From Octopus bimaculoides (lineage: Eukaryota): 63,681 bases of DNA. The notes under the pieces are model-generated. The model saw nothing but the letters and a program-made list of their open reading frames with translations, was not told the DNA's origin and searched no databases. This document shows, in pieces, positions 24,985 to 36,570 of this stretch (position 1 is the first letter of the stretch; each line of letters begins with the position of its first letter). The position numbers and the translations under genes were made by a program. Location: assembly GCF_001194135.2 (NCBI RefSeq), contig NC_068987.1, forward strand, positions 106,190,499 to 106,254,179, given 5' to 3'.

Positions 24985-25600
24985 ACTGGTGTTATTTTCT
25001 CGGACGAGTCATCCTTTACCTCATTTCTGACCACCGGCCGAGAATACGTGTGGAGACAGCCAAAACAAGCATTTGACCCAGACTGCCTTCTTCCAACTAT
25101 TAAACATGGAAGTGGATTTGTGATGATGTGTGTGTGTGTGTGTGGGGTGGGCGTTATATATTGGAGATCCGCCGGTCCATGATTTCCCTTGATAGCAGAA
25201 TTAATAGTCAAGACTATTTAATCATTGTATCTGATCAAATTCAGCCTATGGTTGCGGAACTGTTTCTGGAGGGAATCGCAATCTTTCATGATGATAATGC
25301 ACCAATCCACACAGCTAAACTTGTTACTGAATGACACGAGGAACATTCTAGTGAAGTTGAACATCTTATGTGGCCACCGCAGTCCCCAGATCTAAATAGT
25401 ATTGAACATTTATGGTGCATTTTTAAAAAACAAGTAAGGAGTCGATATCTTCCACCATCATCACTACAAGAACTGGAGACAATTTTAGCTGAAGAATGGA
25501 CAAACATTTCTTTGGAAACAATTCAAATTTTGTACGAGTCTATACCTCGTAGAATTCAGGCTGTAATTACTGCCAAAGGCGGTCCTACTTCATATGAAAA
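24985..25600 (+). mobile_element. Tc1-like transposase catalytic domain pseudogene (DD36E spacing)
   Basis: VIFSDES...VWRQPKQAFDPDCLLPTIKHGSG...IFHDDNAPIHTAKLVTE*HEEHSSEVEHLMWPPQSPDLNSIEHLW...IPRRIQAVITAKGGPT; one TGA and a (GT)n insertion. Confidence 0.92.
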
Positions 25601-25628
25601 TAAATTTGTTTGAAATTTTATGTGTGTG

Positions 25629-25686
<58 letters not shown>

Positions 25687-25744
25687 TGTTTATGTGTGTG
25701 TGTGTTCGTGTGTATGTGTGTGTTCGTCTGTAGTGTGTGTGAAG

Positions 25745-27560
25745 TAACCGCCTCCGTGCGTTGCAAAGTGGGGACACTCCTCAAAATGATGGTCTTCTCA
25801 GGAGAAACCCAAGGAGGATAAGTGAAACACTGGATGAACAATTCAAAAGTCTCTTCACCCCACCCTCATAGCACATGCAAGTAAGCAGACCTGTAGAATT
25901 CTTTACTACTAGAGAAGCAGAAAGGGAGGTAGAAACAATTTATTACAATCAGTATCAGAGAAGAGGATGTAATACTGGCAACAACTGATGTAGATGCAAA
26001 TTCAGCTGCTAGCCCCGATGGGTCCCCAGCACTCTTTCTCAAGTCATGTAAACGAATCCTTGCAAAACAATTGCAGCTTCTTTGCAAATGGTAGGATCCC
26101 CGGGCAAATGGAAGACGGGAATAATATGCCCTATTTACAAAGGAGGAAGCAGAACAGTTGATAAAAACTGTAGGCCAATCTCTGTGATCGCACACACCAG
26201 CAAAGTCACGGAACGGATAGTCTGATGGAAATTAATTCTATTCCTTGAAGAAAATGACTTGCTGACTACATCCAGCACGGTTTTCTAATAGGTAAAATCT
26301 GCTTGACACAGCTCTGGCTACAGTACGACTGGGTGCCACAGCAGCTGTTAAACAACTCAAATGTGGACGTAATATATCTGGATTTTGCAAAACGTTTCTC
26401 ACAAAGTCAAACATGGTATGATATATTACAAACTGCGTAATTTTAGATTAGTTCGGAAACATGGAGAATGGCCACATGAGTTTCTAAACGATCGAAGTCA
26501 GGTAGTGGTGGTTAATGGGGCTTCCTCCAAAGATGACAAATATTGAGTGGTATTCCACAAGGTCTCTTGGTGCCGCTGCTAGTAGATCTCTCAAACACCG
26601 CTTCAGCTGTTCAGAGAGCCATCCTTGCTCTAAGAGGATACACGACCCCAGGAGACGTTCCCCATTTGCAACGAGAGTTGGACTCAAGATACAGGTGAAT
26701 CGAGGAAAATAACATGCAGCTTAATGCTGGAAAATTCCAAGTCATGCGCTACCAACGCACGAAATTCAATGAAAAGCAGACAGGATAAACTGGCCAGGAG
26801 GGATTGCAATTTCTGTATTAAAGTCAGTGCACAACCTGGACATCGATATGAGCAATGATACATCTTTCCAGGTGCATACTATTAATTAGCAATAAAATGC
26901 AGAAGGCTGGACGGTGGATCCTTCGAACGTTTAAAATAAGGGTACTGGAAACCATGGTGATTCTCTGGAGGACTTTTCTCCTCAGCCGTCTGGATTACTG
27001 CTCTCAACTGTGGTCACCAAACTGCAAAATTAACGACGAAACTCGAGTCGATATAGCGAAGCTACACAAAGATTATCCTTTCATTGTGACATGTTAGCTA
27101 CCGGGAAAAGTTTTAAAAGCTAAGATTCTACTCTCTACAACGGAAGCGGGAAAGGTACTCAATAATATACATCGAGAAAATCCTAGAATTTGTGCCAATC
27201 TTCGACATTGTCATTTACGTAAAGAGCAGAAAAAGGCGCCACTGCATAATAACAAATCCCAGTATTGCCACTAGATACTGTAACTGATTTGGTTTGAAGG
27301 GACCACAGCTCTTTAATATCACTTCCCCACAGAGCATGAGAAAGCTACATGGGGTGGACGTGGGCGTTTTGAAAGCATAGATCACCTGTTGTCAGTAATA
27401 CTAGATGAAACAACATCGATGCAAAAAACACAATGAGGGCAGCAACATCAAAGTCCCTCCGCCGCCAAATGCCACACATTAGAGGAGGTTTAGTGAAAGT
27501 GTAGCAAAGCAAACTGCGATGCACCAGCATGGGCGCAACCCTCGCACTCACACTAGAAAT
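25745..27560 (+). mobile_element. CR1 LINE ORF2 remnant (5'-truncated) with 3' tail
   Basis: Motifs in order: EQFKSLF, CPIYKGGS, IQHGF, DVIYLDFAK, SGIPQG, LNAGKF, AGRWILRTF..SRLDYCSQLWSP; ends GATGCACCAGCATGG. Many frameshifts. Confidence 0.92.
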
Positions 27561-28342
27561 TGAAAAGTATATGTATATATATAAATTACTGGCAACGACA
27601 TAGTATTTCGTTTTGCTATAATACTATACTTCAATGTATATTACAGTATTGCAAGTCAATATTGTCTCTCCCCATGGTTTGGCAATGCAATGTTCTGTTT
27701 TTTAAGTGTACCTTTATACATTTTCTATTCAAATCAGAGCCAGCGCTGGAGACTGCAACATTTCGTAACCAAATGCGTCTATGTAAAGTGTGTGACCGAG
27801 AGGATAGCAAAAACAGGTAATGGGTGTATGTATATATACACACACAGACGGACGATGATATACTCAACAGAATTTATTGAATCATTTGCTTTTTTAATGG
27901 TATTAATAATTGGTGTCTGTTTATTTTAAAACACTGCTTTCATGTTGAGACATCGATCTCATTATACTCCGTTCTTCTTCCAGCGTTATGTATATTTAGA
28001 TGCAGAAACTAAGCTTTAAATATTTAAAGTATGATCTCTCAAAACGACACACCAATCTTTCTTGATCAAACGTTAACATTCATCAAGACTTTTTAACTAA
28101 ACATTATTTATAACATGTTCTAACCTCAACCTACATTTCAAATTACTTTATAGTATGTTAGTGCTTATTAAAATTGAAACTTCAGCCAGCAAAATTCTGA
28201 GAAAATTGTTAAAAGATTTAATATGTAGAAAAACACACGTTTAGACCTGATTATACACAGCAGCAAAAATCCCACAAGCAGAATCACCGCGTTGATTAAT
28301 GCACCTACTCACATCTAAAGACATATATACGTTCGCATAATA

Positions 28343-28374
<32 letters not shown>

Positions 28375-29647
28375 NNNNNNNNNNNNNNNNNNNNNNNNNN
28401 NNNNNNNNNNNNNNNNNNNNNNNNNNNNNNNNNNNNNNNNNNNNNNNNNNNNNNNNNNNNNNNNNNNNNNNNNNNNNNNNNNNNNNNNNNNNNNNNNNNN
28501 NNNNNNNNNNNNNNNNNNNNNNNNNNNNNNNNNNNNNNNNNNNNNNNNNNNNNNNNNNNNNNNNNNNNNNNNNNNNNNNNNNNNNNNNNNNNNNNNNNNN
28601 NNNNNNNNNNNNNNNNNNNNNNNNNNNNNNNNNNNNNNNNNNNNNNNNNNNNNNNNNNNNNNNNNNNNNNNNNNNNNNNNNNNNNNNNNNNNNNNNNNNN
28701 NNNNNNNNNNNNNNNNNNNNNNNNNNNNNNNNNNNNNNNNNNNNNNNNNNNNNNNNNNNNNNNNNNNNNNNNNNNNNNNNNNNNNNNNNNNNNNNNNNNN
28801 NNNNNNNNNNNNNNNNNNNNNNNNNNNNNNNNNNNNNNNNNNNNNNNNNNNNNNNNNNNNNNNNNNNNNNNNNNNNNNNNNNNNNNNNNNNNNNNNNNNN
28901 NNNNNNNNNNNNNNNNNNNNNNNNNNNNNNNNNNNNNNNNNNNNNNNNNNNNNNNNNNNNNNNNNNNNNNNNNNNNNNNNNNNNNNNNNNNNNNNNNNNN
29001 NNNNNNNNNNNNNNNNNNNNNNNNNNNNNNNNNNNNNNNNNNNNNNNNNNNNNNNNNNNNNNNNNNNNNNNNNNNNNNNNNNNNNNNNNNNNNNNNNNNN
29101 NNNNNNNNNNNNNNNNNNNNNNNNNNNNNNNNNNATATATATTATTTGCATATGAAAATTCTATCTGGGTATACATGTATGTGTGTGTGTGTGAGTGTGT
29201 GTCTATGCATATTTATTTACTATATATCTATATTATAAAAATACATTTTATCAAAAGAAATTTCCAGATGAAAAGATATTGAAGTTTTCTTCAATGCTTT
29301 AGTGAGAAAATATTTTCTTTCGTATACGTTATTTTAATAGAATTGTATTATTTTAATAAGCTTTAGCATTTATCAATAATAAAGCTACTACCTATTAATC
29401 AATCAATCTAACTTCATATAATGATAGAAATACACCACTCTCGTGTCACATGCTGGTTCACACAACCACAGACGCCCACATAATTCGAATTTTAAATTCA
29501 AATGTGAGGAGCAAAAGAATGATTTAAAAAGCATATAAATACTATTTATCTCCACTTAGGTATCGAGCAGTCATTTTTTCGACAGTCAAATACCATTCGT
29601 GTATATCAATAATAATACCTATCCCAAAGTAAGGAAATATTGTTAAT

Positions 29648-30056
29648 AGGCGCAGGAGTGGCTGTGTGGTAAGTAGCGTGTTTACCAACCATATGGTTCC
29701 GGGTTCAGTCCCACTGCGCAGCATCTTGGGCAACTGTCTTCTACTATAGCCTCAAGCCGACCAAAGCCTTGTGAGTGGATTTGGTAGACGGAAACGGAAA
29801 CAAGCCCATCGTATATATGTATATGTATATATGTATGTGTGTTTGTGTGTCTGTGTGTCCCCCCCCCCATCACTTGACAACCGATACTGGTTTACGTCCC
29901 CGTAACTTAGCGGTTCGGAAAAAGAAACCGATTGAATAAGTACTTGGATTACAAAGAATAAGTCCTGGGGTCTATTTTCTCGACTAAAGGGGGTGCTCCA
30001 GCATGGCTGCAGTCAAATGACTGAAACAAATAAAAGAGTAAAAGAGTAAAAGAGTA
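29648..30056 (+). mobile_element. CORE-like tRNA SINE, full length
   Basis: GGCGCAGGAGTGGCTGTGTGGTAAG head, GGGTTCAGTCCC B-box-like, tail GGTGCTCCAGCATGGCTGCAGTCAAATGACTGAAAC + (AAAAGAGT)n. Confidence 0.92.
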
Positions 30057-30059
30057 ATG

Positions 30060-30690
30060 TCAGTTAGGAATGAGGGAGTATTGAAAGCAGAGGAAAAAGG
30101 CAAAACAAAAGAAGTACAAAAAGACAAGAAAAAACATTACGCAACGGGAGACGACACATTCAATTCCATATAGCCACAGTTGAAGTTGCCTGAAAGCATA
30201 GCTGAGATTGGCTGAAGAAAGGAACACTGAACAAAGTGATTTAGAGATGTATGCTGGCAGTTCAAGATCAAGCTTTGGCCACAAATTGGAGGGTCAACCT
30301 TTGGAATGAACAAGAGTCTCCGCTGTGCCGCCTCTGTAACAGAGTGGACGAAACTTTTCCCATATCGCGAACGAATGCCCTAAACTTGCCCCCAAACCAT
30401 TACAAGTTGTGGCGACACGATGAGGTAGCCAAAGTATGCGACAAGTGGAGGCTAGAAAGAGACAAGAGGTGATATGAGCTCAAACCGCAGGGAGTGGTGG
30501 AGGCGGAGACTTGCAAAATCCTTTGGGATTTCCCAATCCAAACAGATCAGGTGCTAGAGTATAACACACAGGACCTAGTGGTGGATCGACAAGATGCACA
30601 ACATGTGCTATACAGCTGATGTAGCGTGCCTATTTGACCCACGAATAGTCAAGACGGAAGGCGAAAAAATAAATGCATACAATCCAGTAT
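30060..30690 (+). mobile_element. R4/Dong-type LINE fragment (zinc knuckle + restriction-like endonuclease)
   Basis: WLKKGTL..AVQDQALATN..CRLCNRVDET..ECPKLA..RHDEVAK..KILWDFPIQTD..DVACLFD. Confidence 0.88.
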
Positions 30691-31951
30691 TATATTTCTT
30701 GGTTGCTAAGTCGGAAATAAAGTTGTTATACATTGGGATTTAGATACAAATTTATGATGGGTTCATAAATAGAAAATAAAATAGAATTCCTGTCTAGAAT
30801 ATTGGAAATTCCTAATTTTGAATTGGATCAATGATTTGAATACACACGGAGCTCCGAAATATATTTGCACTTCTTTACCAGAATGTGTTCAGTGAACGCT
30901 TCTGAGCTTGTGAGACGGAAATTCGAAACTAAGAGAAATAAAAACAGTTTTGTACTGAATAATTTTTGAATCCTGTCGGTTTTTGTTAGGAACTATCTTT
31001 CTACTCCCATTTCGTAGGGGTGGGGAAATAACATCCTTTCTATCTATGCTTGTAGAATACACTCGCACAAAAGCTCACTTATAATCCATCCTTTAAATAT
31101 ACTCATCCATATATATATAAATATAATAAATTGTGTCTAAGGGGGATGGGAGAACGAGGGGATAACTAAGGGAGCAACAAACGAAGGGATGATATAAACA
31201 CGGAAAGTTGCATGAGAATGATCCTGAAAAGAAACTTGAAAATCCGGAGCTGTTAGAAGAAACAGGTTGGAGAAAGTAGAATTACACAACTCAAAAATTA
31301 AAAAAAACATTCAAACATTATGTCTAAGAATAGGTTTCCAAAGAGGGTATTAAGTAATGATAATACTTTAGAAGTGTTGAATTTGAGAATGGATTTTCTC
31401 TCGTATATGCAAAGAACGAAGTAATACGTAAATATCTTTTCAGTATGATCTTTAGAGTTGGTCTTTAATCTATTATGTTTTGGTAGCATCCCTGCTAACC
31501 ATTTCGGTATATTATGGATTTTCAGCAGTGTTCTAATTGTTGTCAAACCGTATCGACTTTCTAAGCACTTTTATTCACATTTTCAATATTTTAGAAAGGG
31601 GCATTGCATTTGTTGGAAATACACTTGAAGTATTCAATGTAAACATGCACACAAGCATGTGCTCCCCCCCCCCATGTATGTATGCATGTATATAATCATA
31701 TACATATACATTTACATACATACATACATACATATATACATACATATGCACAGTGAGATTTATGCCTCACTATATTTTCTTGCCTCTTGCCCAATACACT
31801 GAGAATAGAACTTGGTTGATGGAAACGATAGGTGATCCTATTGTGTGTATGTATGGGAATATATATATATATATATATATATAAATATTAACATATGTAT
31901 ATGTATACATATATATTTATATTCATACATATATATGTATATAAATAGGTA

Positions 31952-31983
<32 letters not shown>

Positions 31984-32559
31984 CGACGATGATGATGATG
32001 ATGATGATGATGGTGATGATAAGAAGAAAAATATTAATAATAATATTGCGTATATTTTTCACTGATGTTGACGTATATTTGTGAAGCATAAAAAGTCAAC
32101 AGGAAAACAGAAAAAAAAGAAACCCCATCACAACTTGCGTATGAAGTCACTTTGTGATATTTCTTGTGCACACAAATTACTTTTATTTCCTTCCTACACT
32201 CCACATAAAAATTCAGTGAATGACTTAGTTTTCATTTGTAATGCTAAAACCATCGGCGCTCTCGTTACCCACTACAGATGCAAACTTAATGCAGCACCTT
32301 CATAGCTTGGACAATTCTGTTCTTGATATGTACACCAAATCTGTGCGTGTATTTACAGAGTGTTTATGTGTTTATCTTTTCGCAAGCGTTCGGACGACAG
32401 CTGTCGTCTGCGCACAGAAAATCCCCTACATTCATATTTTGCTTATTAGTGAAGCAGTTCATGCTGTGATTTCTACCTCAGGTACCCCTTTTTGTAGTAA
32501 TACTAATGGGCGGTGGATTTGAAGCTTTTGGAAAAGAGAAAGATTTGCAAAATTTTAAT

Positions 32560-32620
32560 CTCTCTATCTCTCTATCTGTCTCTCTCTCTCTCTATCTCTC
32601 TCTCTCTATCTATCTATCTA

Positions 32621-32679
<59 letters not shown>

Positions 32680-32780
32680 GTCTGTCTGTCTGTATGCCTG
32701 TCTGTCTGTGTATGTATGTAAGTATATAGACAGATAAATAAATAGATAGAAAGATATACATGTATATCTATGTGTGTGTG
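32560..32780. repeat. (CT)n/(ATCT)n/(GTCT)n compound microsatellite
   Basis: Direct reading. Confidence 0.9.
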
Positions 32781-32784
32781 TGTG

Positions 32785-32900
32785 TATCTATGTTTGTCCC
32801 TCCACCACAGCTTGAAAACCGGTGTTGGTGTGTTTGTGTACATGTAACTTAGCAGTTTGGCAAAAGAGGACGATAGGAAAAGTACGAAGATTAAAAAATG
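32785..32900 (+). mobile_element. CORE-like SINE middle fragment (a matching 3' part lies at 33121-33213)
   Basis: CTTGAAAACCGGTGTTGG..GTAACTTAGCAGTT here; TTCGACTAAAGGCGGT..GTAGTCAAATGA at 33160-33200. Confidence 0.6.
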
Positions 32901-32960
32901 CATAGCGGCATTCTCAAGACTAAAACATATCATATCAGGGATAATATATATATATATATA

Positions 32961-33110
32961 GGGAGAATTCACAAAAAAAAAAAAGTAAAAGACGAAGACA
33001 GGTGGTGTAGAAAGCAAACAGATGTATTAGTATCACGCTCGGGAAGTGAAAAAGACTTTAATGTTTCGAGCCTACGCTCTTACACAGAAAGAAACAAGGA
33101 GAGAAACATA
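32961..33110 (-). mobile_element. About 150-bp non-autonomous repeat with hammerhead-like core
   Basis: Bounded by (TA)n on both sides; minus strand CTGTGTA-A-GAGC-GTAG-GCTC-GAAAC. Confidence 0.55.
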
Positions 33111-33360
33111 TATATATATAAGTACTACGCTTAAAAAAAGTCCTGCGATCGATTTATTCGACTAAAGGCGGTACACCACCATACTGTAGTCAAATGAAAT
33201 GAAACAGGTAAATGAATATCGGAAACGGAATCCTTTATTTAGTCACTGGAACTTCTAAATATACCAAGAATTAAAGCGAGCATCTAATTAAAAGAAACAT
33301 CTCATTATTTCTCATATTGAGTATTATACGTACGTGTTGTCATTCAAGATATACTATTCT

Positions 33361-33534
33361 TAGGCGGTGAACTGCAGAAACCTTAACACGCCGGGTGAAA
33401 TGCTTAGCCGAGATTCACTTTGCCTTTCGGCCTTTCGAGGTCGATAAATTAAATATCAGTTGTGCACTGGGGTAGATCCAAGTGGTTGGCCCCCTCCACC
33501 AAAATTTCGGGCCTTGTGCCTAGAGTAGAAAAGA
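33361..33534 (+). mobile_element. Deu/Nin-like SINE with internal deletion
   Basis: GGCGGTGAACTGCAGAAACC head, GAGGTCGATAAATTAA core, GGCCTTGTGCCTAGAGTAGAAAAGA tail. Confidence 0.8.
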
Positions 33535-33934
33535 TATATTATGCTTGAACATAATGCTCCTTCAGATTTGTTCAGTGGATCAAGAAAGGCAAATAATTCC
33601 TGCATAATATTCAACACCAAAAAGAACAAGTCGTTGTCATAAAGCGGGATGAACTTCTTCCCAGAGACAACTCTAAATTGATGAAATTTCTCAATTATTT
33701 AGAATGAAAACGAATGAATTGTTGAACCAATGTATTTGCGATCAAGTGTGTGGAGGAATAAACAAGCATTCCGAATATATAAATGATATTGGAAACAAAC
33801 AGAGAAAAATTTAACAAACAAATTCAATGGAAAATAGATTTCATATTATAAATATTTTTTTTATCTGCAGTTAATCTCTCTTCATATATTTTCCACATTA
33901 AAAATTTACTCCTCGTTTAGACGTGTTTTTTGAT

Positions 33935-33953
33935 ACATACATATATACATATG

Positions 33954-33993
<40 letters not shown>

Positions 33994-34260
33994 CATACAC
34001 GCATATATATATATATATATATTATATATGCACATACATGTATATATGTTAGTATATATGTACATGCATACATATATACGTATATGTATACATACTTATA
34101 CACGCACATATATATTTATATATACATACGTATATATATATATATATATATATATATGAACACATATATATGTATATATATACACATATATATGAATGAG
34201 TATGTATTTGTATATACACCTACATGATACAAACACACGCATACATTCATGCTTCCACTC
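33935..34260. repeat. (AT)n-rich array
   Basis: Direct reading. Confidence 0.9.
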
Positions 34261-34999
34261 ACATATCTCTATATGCACCTCTCTGTGTGTACACACCAAT
34301 ATATACCAAAGTGTATACACTTCATACACTTTCTAACAGACGCATGATCACAGCCGCATACACAGATACTCAAATATATATTAAAATTGTATATTTAATC
34401 TAAGTTTATCAGATATGTATAAACATAAACATAACTTTGTTTTGGCAATGTTTACCATAATAAAGTTTATTTGTTGGATTAGAATTTAATCTTGGTTTCA
34501 AATTGATGTTGAAGCAGGTTATATAAGCGTTGTTACAGTCGCCGTCATCGTCCTCATTGTTGTAATTGGTTAGCACAAGGTCGTGCCAAAGCAAGGCAAC
34601 TCCATGTGTTGCCCAGAAATATGCAAATAATTTATTTTCTTAACATGGGAGGTTTTAGGCGCTAATTTGAGCTGCGTCAGAGATAACACAAAAGCCCTCA
34701 CACTTAATTTAATAGATCCCTTCCTGGCATTTTTAAATGCTGGTTTAGTTGTTGTTAAATTCCGAAATTTATAAACGCATGCTTCGCAACTGTATTCTTC
34801 TAGTGTCATTATCATAGAAAGCATATATAGCAATACATTAGCCCTTATCTAGTTCAGATCGTGTACATTTTCCCAAGGGTAACAGGAGTTGTTATACACG
34901 GAAAAAGCTTCTCCTAAGAATCGCCTGATCCTTTCAGATAATTGTAATGTGGAAAGAGACAACGGAATCTACGTAGCTCCGTTGATATTGTGTTTGTCG

Positions 35000-35535
35000 T
35001 CACTGGCTCTCGTGACTTCTGATCTTAACTGACTGGAAGGGTCATCAAGCACATGTTTTGCCTTGGTGTAAAAGATTGGCAACAGCAAATATTCTGCTCA
35101 ATACCACAGCTTTACTTGTCAATTGCTTGAACTTAACCAGTTGAACATGTCTCTTAGAGGCTGATGATATGTGCATCTCTGATCACGAGTAGAAGAAGTG
35201 GGGAAGCATCATAGCCATGTTCTGAGAGGAATGCTTTCGGATGTGCATTCACCTTTCAAAACATAGGTACTTTGTTCAACATCCTTAAATATTCCTTATT
35301 AAGGGACCTTTTGAGCGGGATGGACTACTCGACCTGAAAAAAAAATTCTAACTTGGCCCTACCTGCAGCGTCATGCGTTGTTTATCTTGATATGATATCA
35401 CCATTTCGCGTACATATGTTTGTGATGCATGTGCCTGGTGTACCCTTATCAGACGGGTAGTCAGGATGGGTATACTGGGGTTTGTATACTTTACCCCAGT
35501 GTCACTGTGATGGTATGCGCTGCTCTCTCATTCAA
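35000..35535 (+). mobile_element. About 530-bp interspersed retro-repeat ending in (AAT)n
   Basis: GC-richer block ending GCTGCTCTCTCATTC-(AAT)n, with an 8-bp stem ACTGGGGT/ACCCCAGT near the 3' end; family not assigned. Confidence 0.5.
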
Positions 35536-35543
35536 TAATAATA

Positions 35544-35610
<67 letters not shown>

Positions 35611-35627
35611 GAAGAAGAAGAAGAAGA

Positions 35628-35692
<65 letters not shown>
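35533..35692. repeat. Compound (AAT)n-(AAG)n-(GAT)n array
   Basis: Direct reading. Confidence 0.95.
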
Positions 35693-36120
35693 AATAGGCC
35701 AGATATAGACGTCAGAGATCACGAAGAAAAAAATGCTTTCCAATCGATCTATCAATACCAATAGATGACAAGGTTTCTCTAAAAGTAACAGAGAAATTTT
35801 CCAGATACAAATGTCTGAGAAATGACAATGGTAGAACTCGAATATAGAGCCTAAAAACAAAAACAATTCCTATTATAGTAGGCGCATTATATATGATAAA
35901 AACAACAACATTCAGTGAAATATATAACAAAAACACCAGTACATAGAAGTGTATATAACATACAGAAAATAGCACTACTTGGCACCGCACAAATCCTACG
36001 TAAAACTCTTTAAATACAATGAAAAGAAGAGCACCACAATAAACCACAGCACATACCCAAGGCACACAAAGCTGCGCTCGGTAGTGCAGTGAAAGCACGT
36101 GATAAAAATAAGACTACAGA
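35692..36120 (+). mobile_element. R4/Dong-type LINE 3' end (RLE C-terminus + 3' UTR + (AAT)n tail)
   Basis: NRPDIDVRDHEEK..IDLSIPIDDKVSLKVTEKFSRYK..TIPIIVGAL..NIQKIALLGTAQILRKTL* across frames. Confidence 0.85.
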
Positions 36121-36191
36121 ATAATAATAATAATAATAATAATAGTAGTAGTAGTAGTAGTAGCAGTAGTAGTAGTAGTAGTAGTAGTAGT

Positions 36192-36255
<64 letters not shown>

Positions 36256-36282
36256 ACAATAATGATAATAATAATAATAATA
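36120..36282. repeat. Compound (AAT)n-(AGT)n-(AGC)n-(AGT)n-(AAT)n array
   Basis: Direct reading. Confidence 0.95.
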
Positions 36283-36370
36283 GTATCTATGTTGGTCGGC
36301 CCTCAAGACACCTCAAAGCTGTTTCCACGCGTTTTTTGCCACTCATCTCGATCTTCCATAATGATAAAAA

Positions 36371-36570
36371 TGGTTTCAAATTTTGCCACAAGGGCAGCCA
36401 GTTTGGGGAGGGGATAAGTCGATTGCATCGACCGCAGTGTTTCACTGGTATTTAATTTATCGACCTCGAAAGATTGAAAGGGAAATTCGACCTCGGCGGA
36501 TATTTTAACTCAGAACGTAGCGGAAGACGAACCACCGTTAAAAATGTTCCCCGGCGTGCTATCGGCAGTG
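36371..36570 (-). mobile_element. Deu/Nin-like SINE
   Basis: TGGTTTCAAATTTTGCCACAAGG tail, AATTTATCGACCTCGAAAG core. Confidence 0.8.
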
